NCBI GenBank assembly: GCA_016844925.1
Contig: JAERTI010000053.1
Span: 1-48,465, forward strand
Direction: 5' to 3'
DNA: 48,465 bases
From: Candidatus Uhrbacteria bacterium
Lineage (GTDB): Bacteria > Patescibacteriota > Patescibacteriia > UBA9934 > GWF2-40-263
Made by a program: the position numbers and the translations under genes
Shown here: piece by piece, positions 21,601 to 33,138 of the stretch
Numbering within the stretch: the first letter of the stretch is position 1
How the letters are laid out: each line of letters begins with the position of its first letter
Notes under the pieces: generated by a model
Told to the model about the DNA's origin: nothing
What the model saw: only the letters and a program-made list of their open reading frames with translations
The model's database searches: none

Positions 21601-24600
21601 TAGCGATGGTGACAGCGCGATTGATTCCATGCGTGTGTATCTCCGTTACAGTACGCTTCTTGAGGAGGATGCAGAATACCGACTTGTGATGCTTGGAGAT
21701 GATGAGGATGAGGATACGTTGCACGAAGGGCTCATCAGCGCGTACGGAGGGGCACTCTGTATCGGTACGGCATGTTCCGACGATGAGGCCACGCAGAGCT
21801 TCTATGTCGGCGAAGAGATTTGTGAGCTTGATGAAGTGGTGACAGAGGACCAAGGTGACATCACGGCAGCATCCTATGAGGATGCAAGTTCGGGATTGTT
21901 TACATCTGCTGACGAGGTGCATCAATTCCTTGCAACGCCATACACGATTCGTTCTAGTGGTGTCCGAGAGGAGATTACAGAGCTTCCATTGGCGTATGAA
22001 TGGGAATGGAGCTGGATTTCAACGTCGACGAGCAATACACCAACAGATGATGACGTGGTTGAAGTTGTGGCGGATGTTGATGCGGTAACAGCGCAATTCC
22101 AAAGTGCCGGACTGAACGGGGTTGATGTGGCTCTGGCAACGGCAACGATTACAACGGATGAGCTTTTTGAAACATCAACGGCTGGTTCCACAGTGACCGG
22201 TCCGGAAGATGTCACAGCATTGCTTTGTGAGAACGTCTGGCCTGCCACAGACTCCAGTCTTGGATTCCCGTATGTTGAGGATGATCTGCCAAGTTACTTC
22301 TCGTTCTATTACTGTCGCGATGCAGGTGAAGAGGGGACAGACGATGACCTTCCTGCCTTAAACGATCCAATCGAAGTTGCTTCACTTTCGTCATCTGGAA
22401 TCACGAAGGAGTTGATCTTCCAGGTGGATGGTACGAGTGATGCTATTGGTGTGCGTGTGATTCCGAACGAGGAATACCTCTCACCAAGTGCTTGGGTAGA
22501 GGAGCAGGGATTCACGGGGTCTTTTACGGAAACAACACTCGATGGCTACCAAGCTGTGATGGCTGGAACCACGTACTACGTAGCAGCGGCCAATGAATAC
22601 CAATCAACGCTGTATCCAAATATCTACGTTATTTCTTACAACGAAGATGCTGGTGATGAGGCGTCTGAGATCTTTGCACTGATCATGGATACCTTTGTTT
22701 TCAATGCTAATGACGATGATGTTGAAGATGTGGCCTTGTGTCGTTATGGATCATCGGATTACACGACAGACGAAGATGGAAGCTATATTTCTTGTGAGTA
22801 CGAGAGTGATTGTTACGAGGCCTGTGAGGATGGAAGTTGTTCTCATGATGCCGAGGATATTGATTGTGTAAATGACAAAGGAAAGCTCACCCGTGACATG
22901 AAGCGTCTTACGGATGTGACAGACATGATTGCGGTGATCGATGCCTATGGCGAGGACAACATGCACTGTTCCGTCACCAAGGGGCAGAGCTGTGATGAGG
23001 ATGACGATTGTCCTGGTACGGAGGAGTGTCTCGAGGGATATCCAGAGATTCAGACGGGAACCTTTATTCCTTCGCTCACTAATTCGATTTGGGGTTCCTG
23101 GAATAGTGAGCTGAGCAACGCCCTGGGCTCAACACTTCCAACCGATCCAATCAACGAGTTCTTCCAGTGTGACGAAGAGGGCTATGACGAAGCATCTTGT
23201 TGGAACGGGGAGTCTGGTACATTCATGTGTCCAGATGATTCTCATTTGTACAGCTATCAAAGTGTTGGTGGTGAGGCGTACATGCTCTATGCGCAGCTCG
23301 AGATCGCAGGTGAGCGTACATGGGCCTACGATATTGACATGAGTAGCACGGATAATGTCACGGTTACGGTTGAATATCCCTATCGTCACGCCCCATCAAG
23401 TTCGCTTACCATTCAAGACGGATTCGATCGTACAGCAGACTTCTGTGACGGTGACGCGATTGGAGAGGATGTGATCTGTGGTGATGGTATTCAGGGTGTT
23501 GGTGAAGCTTGTGAGCTTGGTGATACAGACGTTGAGCTTTGTGACTATGACGGCGATGGAACAGCAGACGATGGCCAGGTCACCGTTTCTTGCTATAAGG
23601 ACTCGACTGACCAATGTGTCATGCAGACAGCCTCAGAGGCAGAAACAGAAGGGGCTGAGTGTTTCCCATTTGAGTGTGGAAACGGTGTCATCGATGGTGA
23701 TGAAGAGTGTGATGACGGATCACTCAACGGTACCTATGGATTCTGTGGTGATGATTGTACCTACGACGACGCCTACTATTGTGGAGACGGATACCTTGCC
23801 GGTGGTGAGGAGTGTGACTGTGGAACCACATCCAACTTCAGCACCCTCGCTTCTGACACCTGGGCGGTTGCTGTTGGAACTTGTGATGTATCGAACGGAC
23901 AATACTCATCAGATATCGATCTTTCGTGTGCGTACAACTGTACGGCTCCAGGATTGGCTTGTGGCGATGAGGTCGTGAACGGTTCTGAGGAGTGTGATGG
24001 AGACTACGAAGAGTATGCCGGCGCGCTGTGTGACGATGGTTCTGGTACCGAATGTGTTTCAGATGATGATTGCGATTCTGGGGTCACATGTGGAGGGTCA
24101 GCCACCTATGATGCTTGTGGTATTGGAGATGTCTGTGCAGATTACGAAGATGCAGGAGACGCGTGTACTGATGGCACAGATTGCGATTCAGGATCTTGTA
24201 CAAATGACACCTGTGATGGTGCCAGTGATGTGGGTGTTGCCTGTGATTCCACATCAACGCTTGGAACCTACATTTATTCTTCCGGTGTGTGTGAGTCGCA
24301 TACGTGCCCAGACTTTGATTACGAACTCTTCCGTTATCGAACTTGTGCTGGACCAACGGATTCTAACGCCTGTGAATGGAATACTTGGCAGGATTGTGTT
24401 GGTGGTACACAGCAGTGTGGAAACGGTGAGGTTGAGGGGACCGAAGCTTGTGACGACGGAAATGGATCAAACAATGATGAATGTACAAATAACTGTGAGC
24501 TCAATGTCTGTGGCGATGATCACGTGAATGTTGGTGTAGAGAGTTGTGATGATGGCGATGACAACGGTGAGGAGTGTGAAGCGGGCTATGAGAGCTCTTG

Positions 24601-26380
24601 TACCTACTGTACGACCACCTGTCAGTACCAGGTTCGCTCTGGTGGATACTGTGGTGATCAGGAGGTGAATGGAAATGAGGTGTGTGACGGGGCGTATTCA
24701 ACAGAGTTTATGTACTACGATGCAGGTGTTCGTGAGATAAGTGGGACTTGTGATGAATATGACGTGGATACAAAGACCGTTAGTGACCTTGATGATGATG
24801 GAGTTGATGAGACGTTTTCATGCCGATGGATTGGAGTCTGTAATGGCGGAAGTGAAAACGGTGATTACTGTACGCTCGACTACGCATCCTATGTGGTTCT
24901 TGGAACCATCGGTGATCTTAACTCTGGTTCTGATCGCAACAGCTGTGGCTCAGACGGAGAGTGTGTTCCACCTGTCTGTGCCGGTGATTGTGGATCTTCG
25001 TGTCCTATTAGTTTCGAGACAACTAGCTTGCTTGTACAGAGCGAGCTTGAGGGGGCTGAGCCGACAGGATCCATCGATTTGTACAGTTACCAGAATGACG
25101 AAGGAGCTTCTCCTGACAACGGTGTGATTTACGTACCTGCGTGTACGGTGGCAACATCTCTCGTGGCTGATATCGATGACGAAGAAGTGGTTCTTCCAGA
25201 TGTAGACATTGTCTTTGTGACGGACTTGTCTGGTTCTATGGATTGGGATCCTGATAGAAATGATTACTGTGAAGGTGGAAGTAATGATGGGGATTCATGT
25301 TCAGCGCATAGCGAGTGTGGATCCACGACCTATTCTTGTAGTAGTGGATACTGTACAGGCGGGATTTTCAACGGTGATGAATGTTCATCAAGCGCTGATT
25401 GTCCTGAATATGCTTGTTCGGAATACGGGGCACCTGTTGGAGAACGTCGAATTGATTTCGTTGTAGACGCAACAAAGGATGCCATTCAAGATCTGTATGA
25501 TGCCTATGATCTTTCATCTGCCGAGATGCAGGTTGGGTTGGTGTCCTACTCAACAAATTTTGAAAGTAGTGCTTCAGCGTTCTGTGACTATGGTGGATCA
25601 ACGGCTCCGTCTCGTGACGGTGCCTGGATGGATACGTATTCTGACGACGGAGTGGGGCTGCTGAGTGATTCATGGGAGAATTCAGTTGTTGCTTATGTGG
25701 ATGCGTACACGGCTTGTGTGGAAAGAGGTTCTGGTGGAACAACGACTTATTCTGGTGTTGATAGGGCGCTTACGGGTCTATCAGCTTCAACGGCGGATGT
25801 GAAGATTGTGGTGCTTCTTTCTGATGGGGACCCATCTTATAGTGCGGATTTCTACCTCTCAGGTGACGGCGATACGTGTACTGAGGAGACCTCAAGCTAC
25901 CAGGGTTCTTGGACAGGAGTGGAAGCCTGTGTGGCTGATATTGCAGATGATTTCATGGAAGATAATTCTTACTCAGACATCATCTTCTATTCAGCGGCCG
26001 TAACGACCGATGATGACCTCAAGGGATACATGGCCCACATGTCGAGTAATGAATGTGCTTGGGACGATATCGAGGATGAGGATGACTGTGAGGGGAACTA
26101 TGCCTTCGCGGCGGAAACGGCTGATGAAATTACGGAGATGTACGCAGCTATTGTGAACTCTATTTTGGGAACGAACGTAGCGCTCTCGGCTGAGAATAAT
26201 GACAACGAGATCATTACAACGATTGGAGAAGTGCTCCCTGGTGGAAGCACCACGCTCCCATTCCCAGATGAGTTTGTCTGTCAGTCCTCTGAGCAGACGC
26301 TACCACTGCGTCATGAATTCTACGGAAGTGGCTACATGACCTTCGATGACATTACACTCACTTACTGTCCGTACGAGTAA
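15614..26380 (+). CDS. Giant (3588 aa) acidic Cys-rich multidomain surface protein/adhesin
   Basis: Signal peptide, pilin motif [13 protein letters not shown]...[11 protein letters not shown], Big_5-type Ig, IPT/TIG (SP..G..G..VTI.G..FG), CGDG..EECDDGN...DGCS..C repeats, GspG/pilin-like segment, VWA with MIDAS (DLSGS, T, SDG). Confidence 0.92.
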   Translation: MKRFHFPRLAGFLLALTISAGLVFAPPVMAQTVDFEAFATAAGFSTDADVTVIIARLIRTAISLVGVIAVVLIIIGGFKFITAAGDPTKVQSAKRTIMNAVIGLVIVFASFAITQFILNALVDATGGTVTGTSSSYTSTSTSSTTSSQFYLSSLNNECSEALKNLQLQFVFSRSVDASSTALGILVQDDGADVDGTFDISGRSVTFTPNQVCPEDSSQYCFDASTDYTVDVVSGVLVSTSGADLVCTDAYPCNFSFTTGTEIDTEGPTMEIDDPEDGDSVYQDGDPTKLWANTTDDTGVSTVDFYVVTGDSAIYTAGTDFSTEGVLTGGDAVNTFFTDDAEEWDTTGYVTNQEYRIWGKAYDCAGNTATAGRIEIVLRAANCNNATIDTELGEEELNCGGDSDSEYYCGACAGAACEEDSDCSSGECVDGVCVDRVKITDMSPGDGAEGNLVTIEGASFGSTPGTVTFLGGDGDDDDVDTSAYTCNAEVQWSDTEIIVEIPTGAVDGYIAVTTADGDTDTTNDDYGPNMAEFDVNAIVRSGICQLSPDSGEPETSVGVYGIGFGSSQGTSEFLFGSYTPGTYISWADEEYIEVSVPNVNSGVYKGQVITGDYVCIDSGGTSTGVTCSEDSDCNTDGGESCATGWCSETLHYCEEDDDCGDDDGTCESIIVGSNRVSYTIEDIDADVTPVISSIDSGWTACEGGFNAGDRCSDDDDCGAGTCEDAGDTGPPGQYITIYGTGFGTTEGLVWFENQDSGVYALGDTEFPDVCGDDFWHSTSITVKVPEEYNTDSPTAVDFDEYNLTVERPDGGESDAVDFEILDDTPGPSACRITPSAGPAGTSVTIYGENFGDSGDVEFYSEETASVGDWDNDELSYVIVPSAALTGPVAATEDTSGYSSNSLNFSVGDCREDATLCSEAEACCADGSCSSSCPASTEVSSHYAYKISTGITPLVPEVVIQCSDSAKSPSPWEGWSDPEDICIDANIRADFTLAIDPTTLNGSTVVVERCDTEDGEGGCTEAGWSTVDSTDFSFVRTDTTVILQPVSFLAQDTLYQVTLDGDGTLPDIQATAAAGGGYLDGNFSWQFRTRESTDQCEVGDVLITPNEHTATEVGTISYYASLVAAGDSCVTISCSGYELEWDADSSAATIPTEEPGVGICDNTVVAVSETPAETPVIISAEVDAEGTPSGDGDLYINFVDPEVEDYFPDCSTACINALPYAEFNVAMDDSFTYGASGNIRMAECPDSLCHIDEIDYDAVDFVSSASYSDTTHILSIVFNYEETMEANTWYRVWIDGEVESATGVALEESGSNYGTEANLYFEDDFSWKFKTKDSDVTCDIDSVSVNPSLINMSYIGERAEFDATAVGEPDDCSASGQALQAGDYTWDAWTATDNPDTITPASGTSTTQENIVAYMVADGAIDLTDEIPAYCTTSCLYAGAPVTEFDAVCGDNSVDTGEDCDDGNDANGDGCSSTCLYETDEVSQCAQECSGSGATCTSDSSCEETCESATCSSASDVGNACTADEDCDSGSCGDEATCEDYEDADNECSSNDACSGSCVGECSLTGSSCSGPDTDCSYSSGDTCDITGIGCCGDGTLNAGNFEECDDGNLSSGDGCSSSCQNEGSSSVGAACGDGSRDYNPSQGGEDCDDGNNVSGDGCSRQCLNEGSTSDEDAYSSCGDGFIGLGEECDDGTTDGLDGVMEDGDGCSVACLNEGSLSIGATCGNGSRDYTPIEGGEDCDDGNTENGDGCSSDCLNEGASYNNTIISFCGDGDITWLEARGGEECDAPTTATYVNGDYAVSVVATGAPMEVDSATSLATSDISVTAEDETGTANLQLECSCTMDYMCSTDGSLGCGDSGCCVPRPEYGTINPADNTSAPGDGHCRNTAVWVEFTEDMNELTFDESVDENDDGVISDDEFDANLYLDLVELEGSEVTSATCPTDDGYVGVSFAMEDQPILVRAWSWLKRTVLGFFGRTAVASDAYGCYVPVTYETMRVDSDGDSAIDSMRVYLRYSTLLEEDAEYRLVMLGDDEDEDTLHEGLISAYGGALCIGTACSDDEATQSFYVGEEICELDEVVTEDQGDITAASYEDASSGLFTSADEVHQFLATPYTIRSSGVREEITELPLAYEWEWSWISTSTSNTPTDDDVVEVVADVDAVTAQFQSAGLNGVDVALATATITTDELFETSTAGSTVTGPEDVTALLCENVWPATDSSLGFPYVEDDLPSYFSFYYCRDAGEEGTDDDLPALNDPIEVASLSSSGITKELIFQVDGTSDAIGVRVIPNEEYLSPSAWVEEQGFTGSFTETTLDGYQAVMAGTTYYVAAANEYQSTLYPNIYVISYNEDAGDEASEIFALIMDTFVFNANDDDVEDVALCRYGSSDYTTDEDGSYISCEYESDCYEACEDGSCSHDAEDIDCVNDKGKLTRDMKRLTDVTDMIAVIDAYGEDNMHCSVTKGQSCDEDDDCPGTEECLEGYPEIQTGTFIPSLTNSIWGSWNSELSNALGSTLPTDPINEFFQCDEEGYDEASCWNGESGTFMCPDDSHLYSYQSVGGEAYMLYAQLEIAGERTWAYDIDMSSTDNVTVTVEYPYRHAPSSSLTIQDGFDRTADFCDGDAIGEDVICGDGIQGVGEACELGDTDVELCDYDGDGTADDGQVTVSCYKDSTDQCVMQTASEAETEGAECFPFECGNGVIDGDEECDDGSLNGTYGFCGDDCTYDDAYYCGDGYLAGGEECDCGTTSNFSTLASDTWAVAVGTCDVSNGQYSSDIDLSCAYNCTAPGLACGDEVVNGSEECDGDYEEYAGALCDDGSGTECVSDDDCDSGVTCGGSATYDACGIGDVCADYEDAGDACTDGTDCDSGSCTNDTCDGASDVGVACDSTSTLGTYIYSSGVCESHTCPDFDYELFRYRTCAGPTDSNACEWNTWQDCVGGTQQCGNGEVEGTEACDDGNGSNNDECTNNCELNVCGDDHVNVGVESCDDGDDNGEECEAGYESSCTYCTTTCQYQVRSGGYCGDQEVNGNEVCDGAYSTEFMYYDAGVREISGTCDEYDVDTKTVSDLDDDGVDETFSCRWIGVCNGGSENGDYCTLDYASYVVLGTIGDLNSGSDRNSCGSDGECVPPVCAGDCGSSCPISFETTSLLVQSELEGAEPTGSIDLYSYQNDEGASPDNGVIYVPACTVATSLVADIDDEEVVLPDVDIVFVTDLSGSMDWDPDRNDYCEGGSNDGDSCSAHSECGSTTYSCSSGYCTGGIFNGDECSSSADCPEYACSEYGAPVGERRIDFVVDATKDAIQDLYDAYDLSSAEMQVGLVSYSTNFESSASAFCDYGGSTAPSRDGAWMDTYSDDGVGLLSDSWENSVVAYVDAYTACVERGSGGTTTYSGVDRALTGLSASTADVKIVVLLSDGDPSYSADFYLSGDGDTCTEETSSYQGSWTGVEACVADIADDFMEDNSYSDIIFYSAAVTTDDDLKGYMAHMSSNECAWDDIEDEDDCEGNYAFAAETADEITEMYAAIVNSILGTNVALSAENNDNEIITTIGEVLPGGSTTLPFPDEFVCQSSEQTLPLRHEFYGSGYMTFDDITLTYCPYE
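19940..20970 (+). repeat. Coding tandem Cys-rich repeats (Myxococcus-type/DUF4215-like), cluster 1
   Basis: Repeated CGDG/CGNG...EE/EDCDDGN...GDGCS..CLNEG units; two RDY(N/T)[10 protein letters not shown] copies. Confidence 0.85.
23470..24700 (+). repeat. Coding Cys-rich repeats, cluster 2
   Basis: CGDG..GEAC, CGNG..EECDDG, CGDE..EECDG, CGNG..EACDDGN, CGDQ..EVCDG. Confidence 0.8.
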
Positions 26381-26381
26381 T

Positions 26382-27155
26382 ATGGATTTGAACGATTACC
26401 CAACCGAGCGAAACATTCCGTGGAAGCCAGTGGCTCTAGGTGCCGGCGCTCTGGTTTTGGTTGTTGTGTTGATTGTCGTTCTCCTGCGGGTGTTTGGTGG
26501 GGGAGCGGAAGAGGTGATTTTGATTCCACGTGGTGAGGCAGATGTAGAAGAGTTGTCTGTGGGTGAGATTACACAGCTGGCCGAAGAGCAGCAGTCGGCA
26601 GATGTGTGTGAGTATCTAGATGATGAGCAGGAAAAAGATAATTGTTACTGGGGTGTTGCCAAGGAGAGCGCGGATGCGTCCTATTGTCAGAGCATGGTGA
26701 GCAATGCGGATCGGTGTCATGACAGTGTGTACTTGAGCCTGGCACTCGAGAAAAGTGATTGGGCCTACTGCGCCGAGATGATTGACGGTACACGACGTAC
26801 GCAGTGTGCGGAGCTATTTGCTTCGCCCGTGACTGATGAGCGATGTGAACCAGGGAGTCAGCGCTGTGAAGATCTCGATCAGTTAGCAAGAGCGATTGAG
26901 GCAGCTGACATCGAGCTCTGTAGTCCAATTGAAGACGGGTCCCTGTATGAAGATTGTCTTGTGGGAGTTGAGGATGTCTTGCTAGAAGTCGGCACGCCAG
27001 ACCCAGATGAAGATGCTGACGGTGATGGACTGACGCTTGCTGAAGAGCAACAGTATGGAACCGATCCGAACGATCCTGATACTGACGGTGATGGGTACTC
27101 CGATGGCGACGAGGTTGCTTCCGGATATAACCCTACCGGATCAGGTTCTCTCTAA
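26382..27155 (+). CDS. Membrane-anchored protein with spaced Cys repeats and C-terminal DxDGDG (thrombospondin type 3-like, Ca-binding) repeats
   Basis: IPWKP then TM; C-x9-10-C repeats; [33 protein letters not shown]; ATG 1 nt after the giant gene stop. Confidence 0.85.
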   Translation: MDLNDYPTERNIPWKPVALGAGALVLVVVLIVVLLRVFGGGAEEVILIPRGEADVEELSVGEITQLAEEQQSADVCEYLDDEQEKDNCYWGVAKESADASYCQSMVSNADRCHDSVYLSLALEKSDWAYCAEMIDGTRRTQCAELFASPVTDERCEPGSQRCEDLDQLARAIEAADIELCSPIEDGSLYEDCLVGVEDVLLEVGTPDPDEDADGDGLTLAEEQQYGTDPNDPDTDGDGYSDGDEVASGYNPTGSGSL

Positions 27156-27194
27156 ATTCAACGATCAACTGCCAACTACATAATCTTTCTCTCT

Positions 27195-28010
<816 letters not shown>

Positions 28011-28014
28011 CATC

Positions 28015-29100
28015 ATGTTCGACAAAAAGAAAAAACAAATCGAAAAGCCCACCGCCGTAGAGGCGCAGGCTCAAGCAACACCCTCAGGACCCGAGGCGCG
28101 CGTCTTTACGATGCCTGAGCGCTATAGGCATGGTGCAGAGGGAAAAATGCATGAGCCAGAGAAAAAGAAGAAATCAAAAGCTCAGGTTGAAGTAAAAGCC
28201 CCTGCCGCCCCATCAGCACCGCCACCTCCACCAAAACCGAAAACTCCTGCCAAAAAGGGCAGGAGCACGAAATTGATTGTTATTGGTGGTCTTATCGGAA
28301 TTATTATTTTGGCTCTTGGGGGATGGTTTGCGCTTACACTTGTTGCAGAGCCTGAACCGGTTGTCGTAGTAAGGGAAGAACCTGAGGAACCAGAAGAGCC
28401 TCAGGTTGTCGAAACAGAGGAACCGGAGGAGCCAGAGGAACCAGAGGAGCCTGTAGAGCCAGAGGGAGATCCGTTTGCTACGGAGGTGACTCCTGGTGTG
28501 GACTCAGACTCTGACGGACTCTCAGACACGGAGGAGGATCTTGTGTATGAGACGAACTCACGACTTCCAGATACAGACGCGGATGGGTTCTTGGATGGCA
28601 ATGAGGTGTTCCATCGCTATAACCCAAATGGAACAGCACCGGGAACGTTGATCGAGTCAGGATTAGTGGTGCTCTACCAAGGGCAGGCTGGTTTAGAGCT
28701 CTTCGAGTTTAGCTACCCGACGGTATTTGAAATGGAGGAGATCGATGGTGAAATTGTGTTGGATGCGCAAACTGGAGAAGGGTTTAGGATCACGTTTGAG
28801 GAAAAGGCTGTGGCAGTGGATCTTGTTGATTGGGTAGAGCAAGAAGTGGGTCTTGAGGACTATGTTGAAGATACGACCAAGACAGGACTCCCGCTTGTTC
28901 AGTCCAACAACTTACTTGTTGCCTATATTGACTTAGGGTCTGCCGTACTCGTGTTTAACTACGATACCGGGATTAAGGCGCGCGTCGACTATCTCCAGAC
29001 ACTCAAGATGATGATCAACTCGGTTGAGCTTGTGGGAGCTGTGGCGGTTGACGAAACATTCTCTGAGCCCGTCGAGGTGGTGGACGAGACGGCGCTATGA
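28015..29100 (+). CDS. Membrane-anchored protein with EEP linker, DxDxDG repeats and C-terminal globular domain
   Basis: Lys/Pro-rich N-terminus, TM, EEPEEP, DSDSDGLSD..E, PDTDADGFLDGNEV...YNP; ATG at 28015 after upstream stop. Confidence 0.83.
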   Translation: MFDKKKKQIEKPTAVEAQAQATPSGPEARVFTMPERYRHGAEGKMHEPEKKKKSKAQVEVKAPAAPSAPPPPPKPKTPAKKGRSTKLIVIGGLIGIIILALGGWFALTLVAEPEPVVVVREEPEEPEEPQVVETEEPEEPEEPEEPVEPEGDPFATEVTPGVDSDSDGLSDTEEDLVYETNSRLPDTDADGFLDGNEVFHRYNPNGTAPGTLIESGLVVLYQGQAGLELFEFSYPTVFEMEEIDGEIVLDAQTGEGFRITFEEKAVAVDLVDWVEQEVGLEDYVEDTTKTGLPLVQSNNLLVAYIDLGSAVLVFNYDTGIKARVDYLQTLKMMINSVELVGAVAVDETFSEPVEVVDETAL

Positions 29101-29531
29101 TTCGCGTCGAACTGAACCAGTCTCGACTCCGTGGTGGACAACGTATCCCCCGGGCAGTTCTTGAACGAACGTTGCGAGCGACATCAAGGGCTCTGGGCTC
29201 GCCAGAGGCGACGATCTCTGTCGCCTTCATCTCTCCTGCACAGATGCGCAAGCTGAATAAAGCATGGAGAGGAAAAGATCGAGTCACTGACGTGCTTTCG
29301 TTCGAGCTGGATGAAGGAGAGGTAAAAGGGGAGGTGCTCATGAGTTATGAGCAAGCTGTTAAACAAGCAAAAGAGGTTGGGCACAGTACTCGAGACGAAA
29401 TAGTGTTTCTTCTCGTGCACGGCATTCTTCATGTCTTTGGTTATGACCACGAGCGCCCAGTCGACAAAAAGAAGATGTTTCCACTGCAGGAAAAAATACT
29501 GACGTCACTTGATATTGACCCGCGGCTATGA
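29097..29531 (+). CDS. ybeY: rRNA maturation endoribonuclease YbeY
   Basis: LNKAWRGKDRVTDVLSF, HGILHVFGYDH. Confidence 0.96.
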   Translation: MIRVELNQSRLRGGQRIPRAVLERTLRATSRALGSPEATISVAFISPAQMRKLNKAWRGKDRVTDVLSFELDEGEVKGEVLMSYEQAVKQAKEVGHSTRDEIVFLLVHGILHVFGYDHERPVDKKKMFPLQEKILTSLDIDPRL

Positions 29532-29905
29532 TGACACCCCGTCAACTTGTAAAAAGTGTGAGACACGCCCTTCGAGGTGTGCGTGTTGTGTTTGTCCATG
29601 AGCAAAGTTTCCGTATTCAAGTTTTGGCTGCAGCTGTTGTTGTGACATTAGCAGCGACTTTGGGGGTCACGCGGAATGAGTGGATTGTCTTATTGCTTTT
29701 GATCGCTGCGGTGCTTAGTCTTGAGCTCATGAATTCTATTATCGAGAGGTTGGCAGATGCGTTTAAGCCACGTATTCACCCCATTGTGAAAGATGTGAAG
29801 GATATTATGGCTGGAACAGTACTGATTGTTTCGATGATTGCGGCTATTATAGGTTTGGCTATTTTCTGCCCGTATTTGGCTCCGCTTGTGGGTCTGACTG
29901 CTTAA
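29528..29905 (+). CDS. dgkA: Diacylglycerol/undecaprenol kinase family protein
   Basis: ELMNSIIERLAD, KDVKDIMAG, three TMs, canonical position after ybeY. Confidence 0.9.
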   Translation: MMTPRQLVKSVRHALRGVRVVFVHEQSFRIQVLAAAVVVTLAATLGVTRNEWIVLLLLIAAVLSLELMNSIIERLADAFKPRIHPIVKDVKDIMAGTVLIVSMIAAIIGLAIFCPYLAPLVGLTA

Positions 29906-29923
29906 AGTTATACTGGTTTTACT

Positions 29924-31183
29924 ATGTCTGAGGAGATTTACACAGGATTAGATGTTGGGACCTACGCTGTACGTGCGGCCGTGGGTAAACTCGTCCCATC
30001 CCCAGAGGGGGGAGAACAGATGCATATTATTGGTGCCGTAGAGGTAGCTTCTTCTGGTGTCAGCAAAGGAACCATTACCAATCTTGAAGACGCTGTCTCA
30101 AGTGTTTCTCGCGCCCTTGAACAAGCTGAGCGTATTACCGGAGTACCCTTGAACAAAGCTTGGGTAGGTATCAATGGAAGTCACATTATCTCCCAGGAGT
30201 CTCGAGGGGTTGTGGGCGTTGGGCGCTCAGACGGCGAGATTCGTGATGAAGATGTTGAGCGTGCTATCGAGGCAGCAAGGACCGTTGCTACACCAACGAA
30301 CTATGAGATTATTCACGTGATCCCAAAAAGTTTTACGGTTGATGGGCAACGTGGAGTAAAAGATCCCGTGGGCATGAATGGGATCCGTTTAGAGGTAGAT
30401 GCGTTGATTATCCAGGGTCTGGGATCTCAGATTAAGAATCTTACGAAGGCGGTCTATCGAACGGGGCTCGATATCGAAGATCTCGTCTTCTCTATTCTTG
30501 CGACGTCTGAGGCGGTTGTTTCTCAGCGCCAGAAGGAATTGGGAGTGTGTGTGGTAAATATCGGTGCCGCAACGACAAACCTCGTGGTCTATGAGGAGGG
30601 CGATGTTCTCCACACGGCCGTGTTGCCTATTGGGTCAGACCACGTGACATCAGACATCGCTATTGGACTGAGAACATCTATCGACGTGGCAGAGCAGGTA
30701 AAGCTCCATCACGCGACCTGTCTGCCAAGTGACGTGCAAAAGAAAGAAGAGATTAATCTTGGTGAGCTAGGAGCGCCGGAAGAGGAGATTGTTGGACGAA
30801 AGTTTGTGGCTGATATTACCGAGGCTCGTGTACAGGAGATCTTTGAACATGTTGATCGTGAGCTGAAAAAAATTGACCGCTCAGGCATGTTGCCAGCTGG
30901 TGTGATTCTCACCGGTGGGGGAGCAAAGCTTAGCGGGATCATGGACGCAGCAAAGTCATCGCTCCGCCTCCCGGTCTCATTGGGAACACCTATCGGAGTG
31001 ACATCGGTGATCGATCGTGTGAACGATCCTTCTATGAGTACGGCCATGGGACTTGTTCTCTGGGGACATCACATCCGGGGTGCCTCTGGAGGAGGGAAGT
31101 TCGGTAACCTGTTTGGGAAAATTGGTGACATGGAAAAAATTGGCTCAGGTTTGAAAAAAATCTTCAAATCACTGAAACCGTAA
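29924..31183 (+). CDS. ftsA: Cell division protein FtsA
   Basis: GLDVGT, DPVGMNG.RLE, IGSDHVTSDIA, GVILTGGGA, C-terminal amphipathic helix. Confidence 0.97.
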   Translation: MSEEIYTGLDVGTYAVRAAVGKLVPSPEGGEQMHIIGAVEVASSGVSKGTITNLEDAVSSVSRALEQAERITGVPLNKAWVGINGSHIISQESRGVVGVGRSDGEIRDEDVERAIEAARTVATPTNYEIIHVIPKSFTVDGQRGVKDPVGMNGIRLEVDALIIQGLGSQIKNLTKAVYRTGLDIEDLVFSILATSEAVVSQRQKELGVCVVNIGAATTNLVVYEEGDVLHTAVLPIGSDHVTSDIAIGLRTSIDVAEQVKLHHATCLPSDVQKKEEINLGELGAPEEEIVGRKFVADITEARVQEIFEHVDRELKKIDRSGMLPAGVILTGGGAKLSGIMDAAKSSLRLPVSLGTPIGVTSVIDRVNDPSMSTAMGLVLWGHHIRGASGGGKFGNLFGKIGDMEKIGSGLKKIFKSLKP

Positions 31184-31191
31184 TTGAGATG

Positions 31192-31221
31192 AAAAAAGAA
31201 GATATCCACATCTTCTTTTTT
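31192..31221 (+). terminator. Hairpin/terminator between ftsA and ftsZ
   Basis: aaaaaagaagat-atccac-atcttctttttt. Confidence 0.6.
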
Positions 31222-31227
31222 GTTATC

Positions 31228-31255
31228 TTGACGATGGGCTGGCGAATGCTAAAGT
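31228..31255 (+). promoter_or_regulatory. Putative ftsZ promoter
   Basis: TTGACG-16 nt-TAAAGT with TG extended -10. Confidence 0.5.
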
Positions 31256-31347
31256 GTGGATGATTTTTGTGCTCAGTAAAGCCAATTTTGAGCACTAGAG
31301 TTGTTCAAGGGGGGATCTAACCCATTATCGGTGAACACCAAATTTCT

Positions 31348-32574
31348 ATGGCGCAAGTTAAACCAGACATCGAGACGTTCGCAAAGATCAAGGTCGTTGG
31401 AATTGGGGGTGGAGGAGGAGCAGCTGTAAACCGGATGATCTCCGATAACATAAAGGGCGTTGAATTCACGGTGGTAAACACGGATGTACAGGCGTTGAAT
31501 CAGAACCTCGCTCCACGGAAGATTCCTATTGGAAAAACGATTACACGTGGACTGGGAGCTGGTATGAATCCAGAGGTCGGTTCTCGTGCCGCTGAAGAAA
31601 ATCAGAATGAGATTCGTGAGGCCGTGCAGGGAGCTGACATGGTGTTCCTTACCTGTGGTCTCGGTGGGGGAACAGGAACGGGTGCGATCCCTGAGGTGGC
31701 AAAGCTTGCTAAGGACATCGGCGCTCTGACCGTAGCGGTTGTTACCAAGCCGTTTACCTTCGAGGGAGCACAGCGCCGCCGCATCGCTGATGAGGGATTT
31801 GATCGACTGCTCCAACATGTCGACGCCATCATCACGATCCCAAACGATCGCGTATTGCAGATTATTGATAAGAAGACTTCCCTCATGGATGCCTTCACGG
31901 TCGTAGATGACGTGCTTAGGCAGGGTGTACAGGGAATCGCTGAGTTGATCACGGTTCCTGGGCTCATCAACGTCGACTACGCTGACGTAAAGGCCATTAT
32001 GGAAAATTCCGGTTCGGCCCTGATGGGTATTGGGCGAGCCAGTGGGGAGAATCGTGCCGTCGAGGCTGCTAAGCAGGCTATTGCTTCTCCGCTCTTGGAA
32101 CTCTCTATCGATGGGGCCAAGGGAATCCTCTTTACCATTACCGGTGGAACGGATCTGGGAATGCATGAGGTGGCTGAGGCGGCCAAGGTGATTACCAGTT
32201 CTGCAGATGAGGATGCGAAAGTCATCTTTGGTGCCAACATTGACGAAAGCATGAGTGAAGAGGTGCGTATTACCGTTGTGGCTACAGGATTCGACTCCCG
32301 TGAGCGTCGCACAAAGGCTCCTGGTACCGTGGAGGTTCAGGCACAGGGTAGCTGGTCGCCAAACAACTTCCTGCGTGTGCGTGAGGAAGAAAAGACACCT
32401 GTCGCCAAAAAACCAAAGGTGAATTTCCAGGCAAGACCTATCGAGAGGGAGCCTGTTGCGGTGAAACCTGCGCCAACACCAAAGCCGATTAAACGCTCTA
32501 TTCCAACACCTGCACCAAAGCAGGAAGAAGATGAAATCGAGATTCCAGCCTTCATTCGAAAGAAGATGATGTAA
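31348..32574 (+). CDS. ftsZ: Cell division protein FtsZ
   Basis: GIGGGG, GGGTGTG tubulin signature, INVDYADV, C-terminal [10 protein letters not shown]. Confidence 0.99.
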   Translation: MAQVKPDIETFAKIKVVGIGGGGGAAVNRMISDNIKGVEFTVVNTDVQALNQNLAPRKIPIGKTITRGLGAGMNPEVGSRAAEENQNEIREAVQGADMVFLTCGLGGGTGTGAIPEVAKLAKDIGALTVAVVTKPFTFEGAQRRRIADEGFDRLLQHVDAIITIPNDRVLQIIDKKTSLMDAFTVVDDVLRQGVQGIAELITVPGLINVDYADVKAIMENSGSALMGIGRASGENRAVEAAKQAIASPLLELSIDGAKGILFTITGGTDLGMHEVAEAAKVITSSADEDAKVIFGANIDESMSEEVRITVVATGFDSRERRTKAPGTVEVQAQGSWSPNNFLRVREEEKTPVAKKPKVNFQARPIEREPVAVKPAPTPKPIKRSIPTPAPKQEEDEIEIPAFIRKKMM

Positions 32575-32579
32575 TTAAG

Positions 32580-32608
32580 AAAAACAGGAGTCACCACTCC
32601 TGTTTTTT
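32580..32608 (+). terminator. Intrinsic terminator after ftsZ
   Basis: aaaaacaggagt-cacc-actcctgtttttt. Confidence 0.8.
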
Positions 32609-32655
32609 GGTATAATAGCCCGCGTAATGCAACGTGTAATAGCTTTTTTCGATGT

Positions 32656-33132
32656 ATGTATTGTGCCGTGTGTAATCACAAAGATACAAAAGTTGTTGAC
32701 TCACGCGTGTCCTCTGACGGAGCCAGTGTGCGTCGTCGACGTGAATGTGAAAAGTGTGATTTTCGCTTTTCAACGTTTGAGGAGGTGGAGTTATTGGATT
32801 TAACGATTGTAAAAGAAGATGGCCGTCGTGAATCGTATGACCGAGAAAAGCTTACGCGCGGTCTCGTGAGATCACTCCAAAAGCGTCCGTACACAGATCT
32901 ACGTTTTCAAAAACTCGTTCATAAGATTGAGCGTGATATTCAAAAAAAGAGACGTGGGCAGCTAACCTCACAAGAGCTTGGGGAGATTGTGATGAAGCAT
33001 CTCAAGACCTTCGATAAGGTGGCCTACATTCGTTTCGCATCTGTCTATCGTTCGTTTGAGGATGTTGAGACATTCCAAAATGAGCTCAAGAAATTGACGC
33101 CCAAGAAACGGGTAGCTAGATCCAAAAAGTAA
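32656..33132 (+). CDS. nrdR: Transcriptional repressor NrdR
   Basis: CxxC...VVDSR...RRRRECEKC..RFSTFE, ATP cone, VAYIRFASVYR. Confidence 0.98.
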   Translation: MYCAVCNHKDTKVVDSRVSSDGASVRRRRECEKCDFRFSTFEEVELLDLTIVKEDGRRESYDREKLTRGLVRSLQKRPYTDLRFQKLVHKIERDIQKKRRGQLTSQELGEIVMKHLKTFDKVAYIRFASVYRSFEDVETFQNELKKLTPKKRVARSKK

Positions 33133-33138
33133 CGCTCT

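Noticed and set aside
12813-26380. Conjugative T4SS or ICE because of VirB2-like domains
   Set aside because: No VirB4, VirD4, relaxase or integrase; native composition and embedded among core genes
31273-32166. 297-aa minus-strand ORF
   Set aside because: Antisense to the highly conserved ftsZ
32610-32655. NrdR box or autoregulatory site upstream of nrdR
   Set aside because: No convincing match to the NrdR palindrome and no nrd genes in the window
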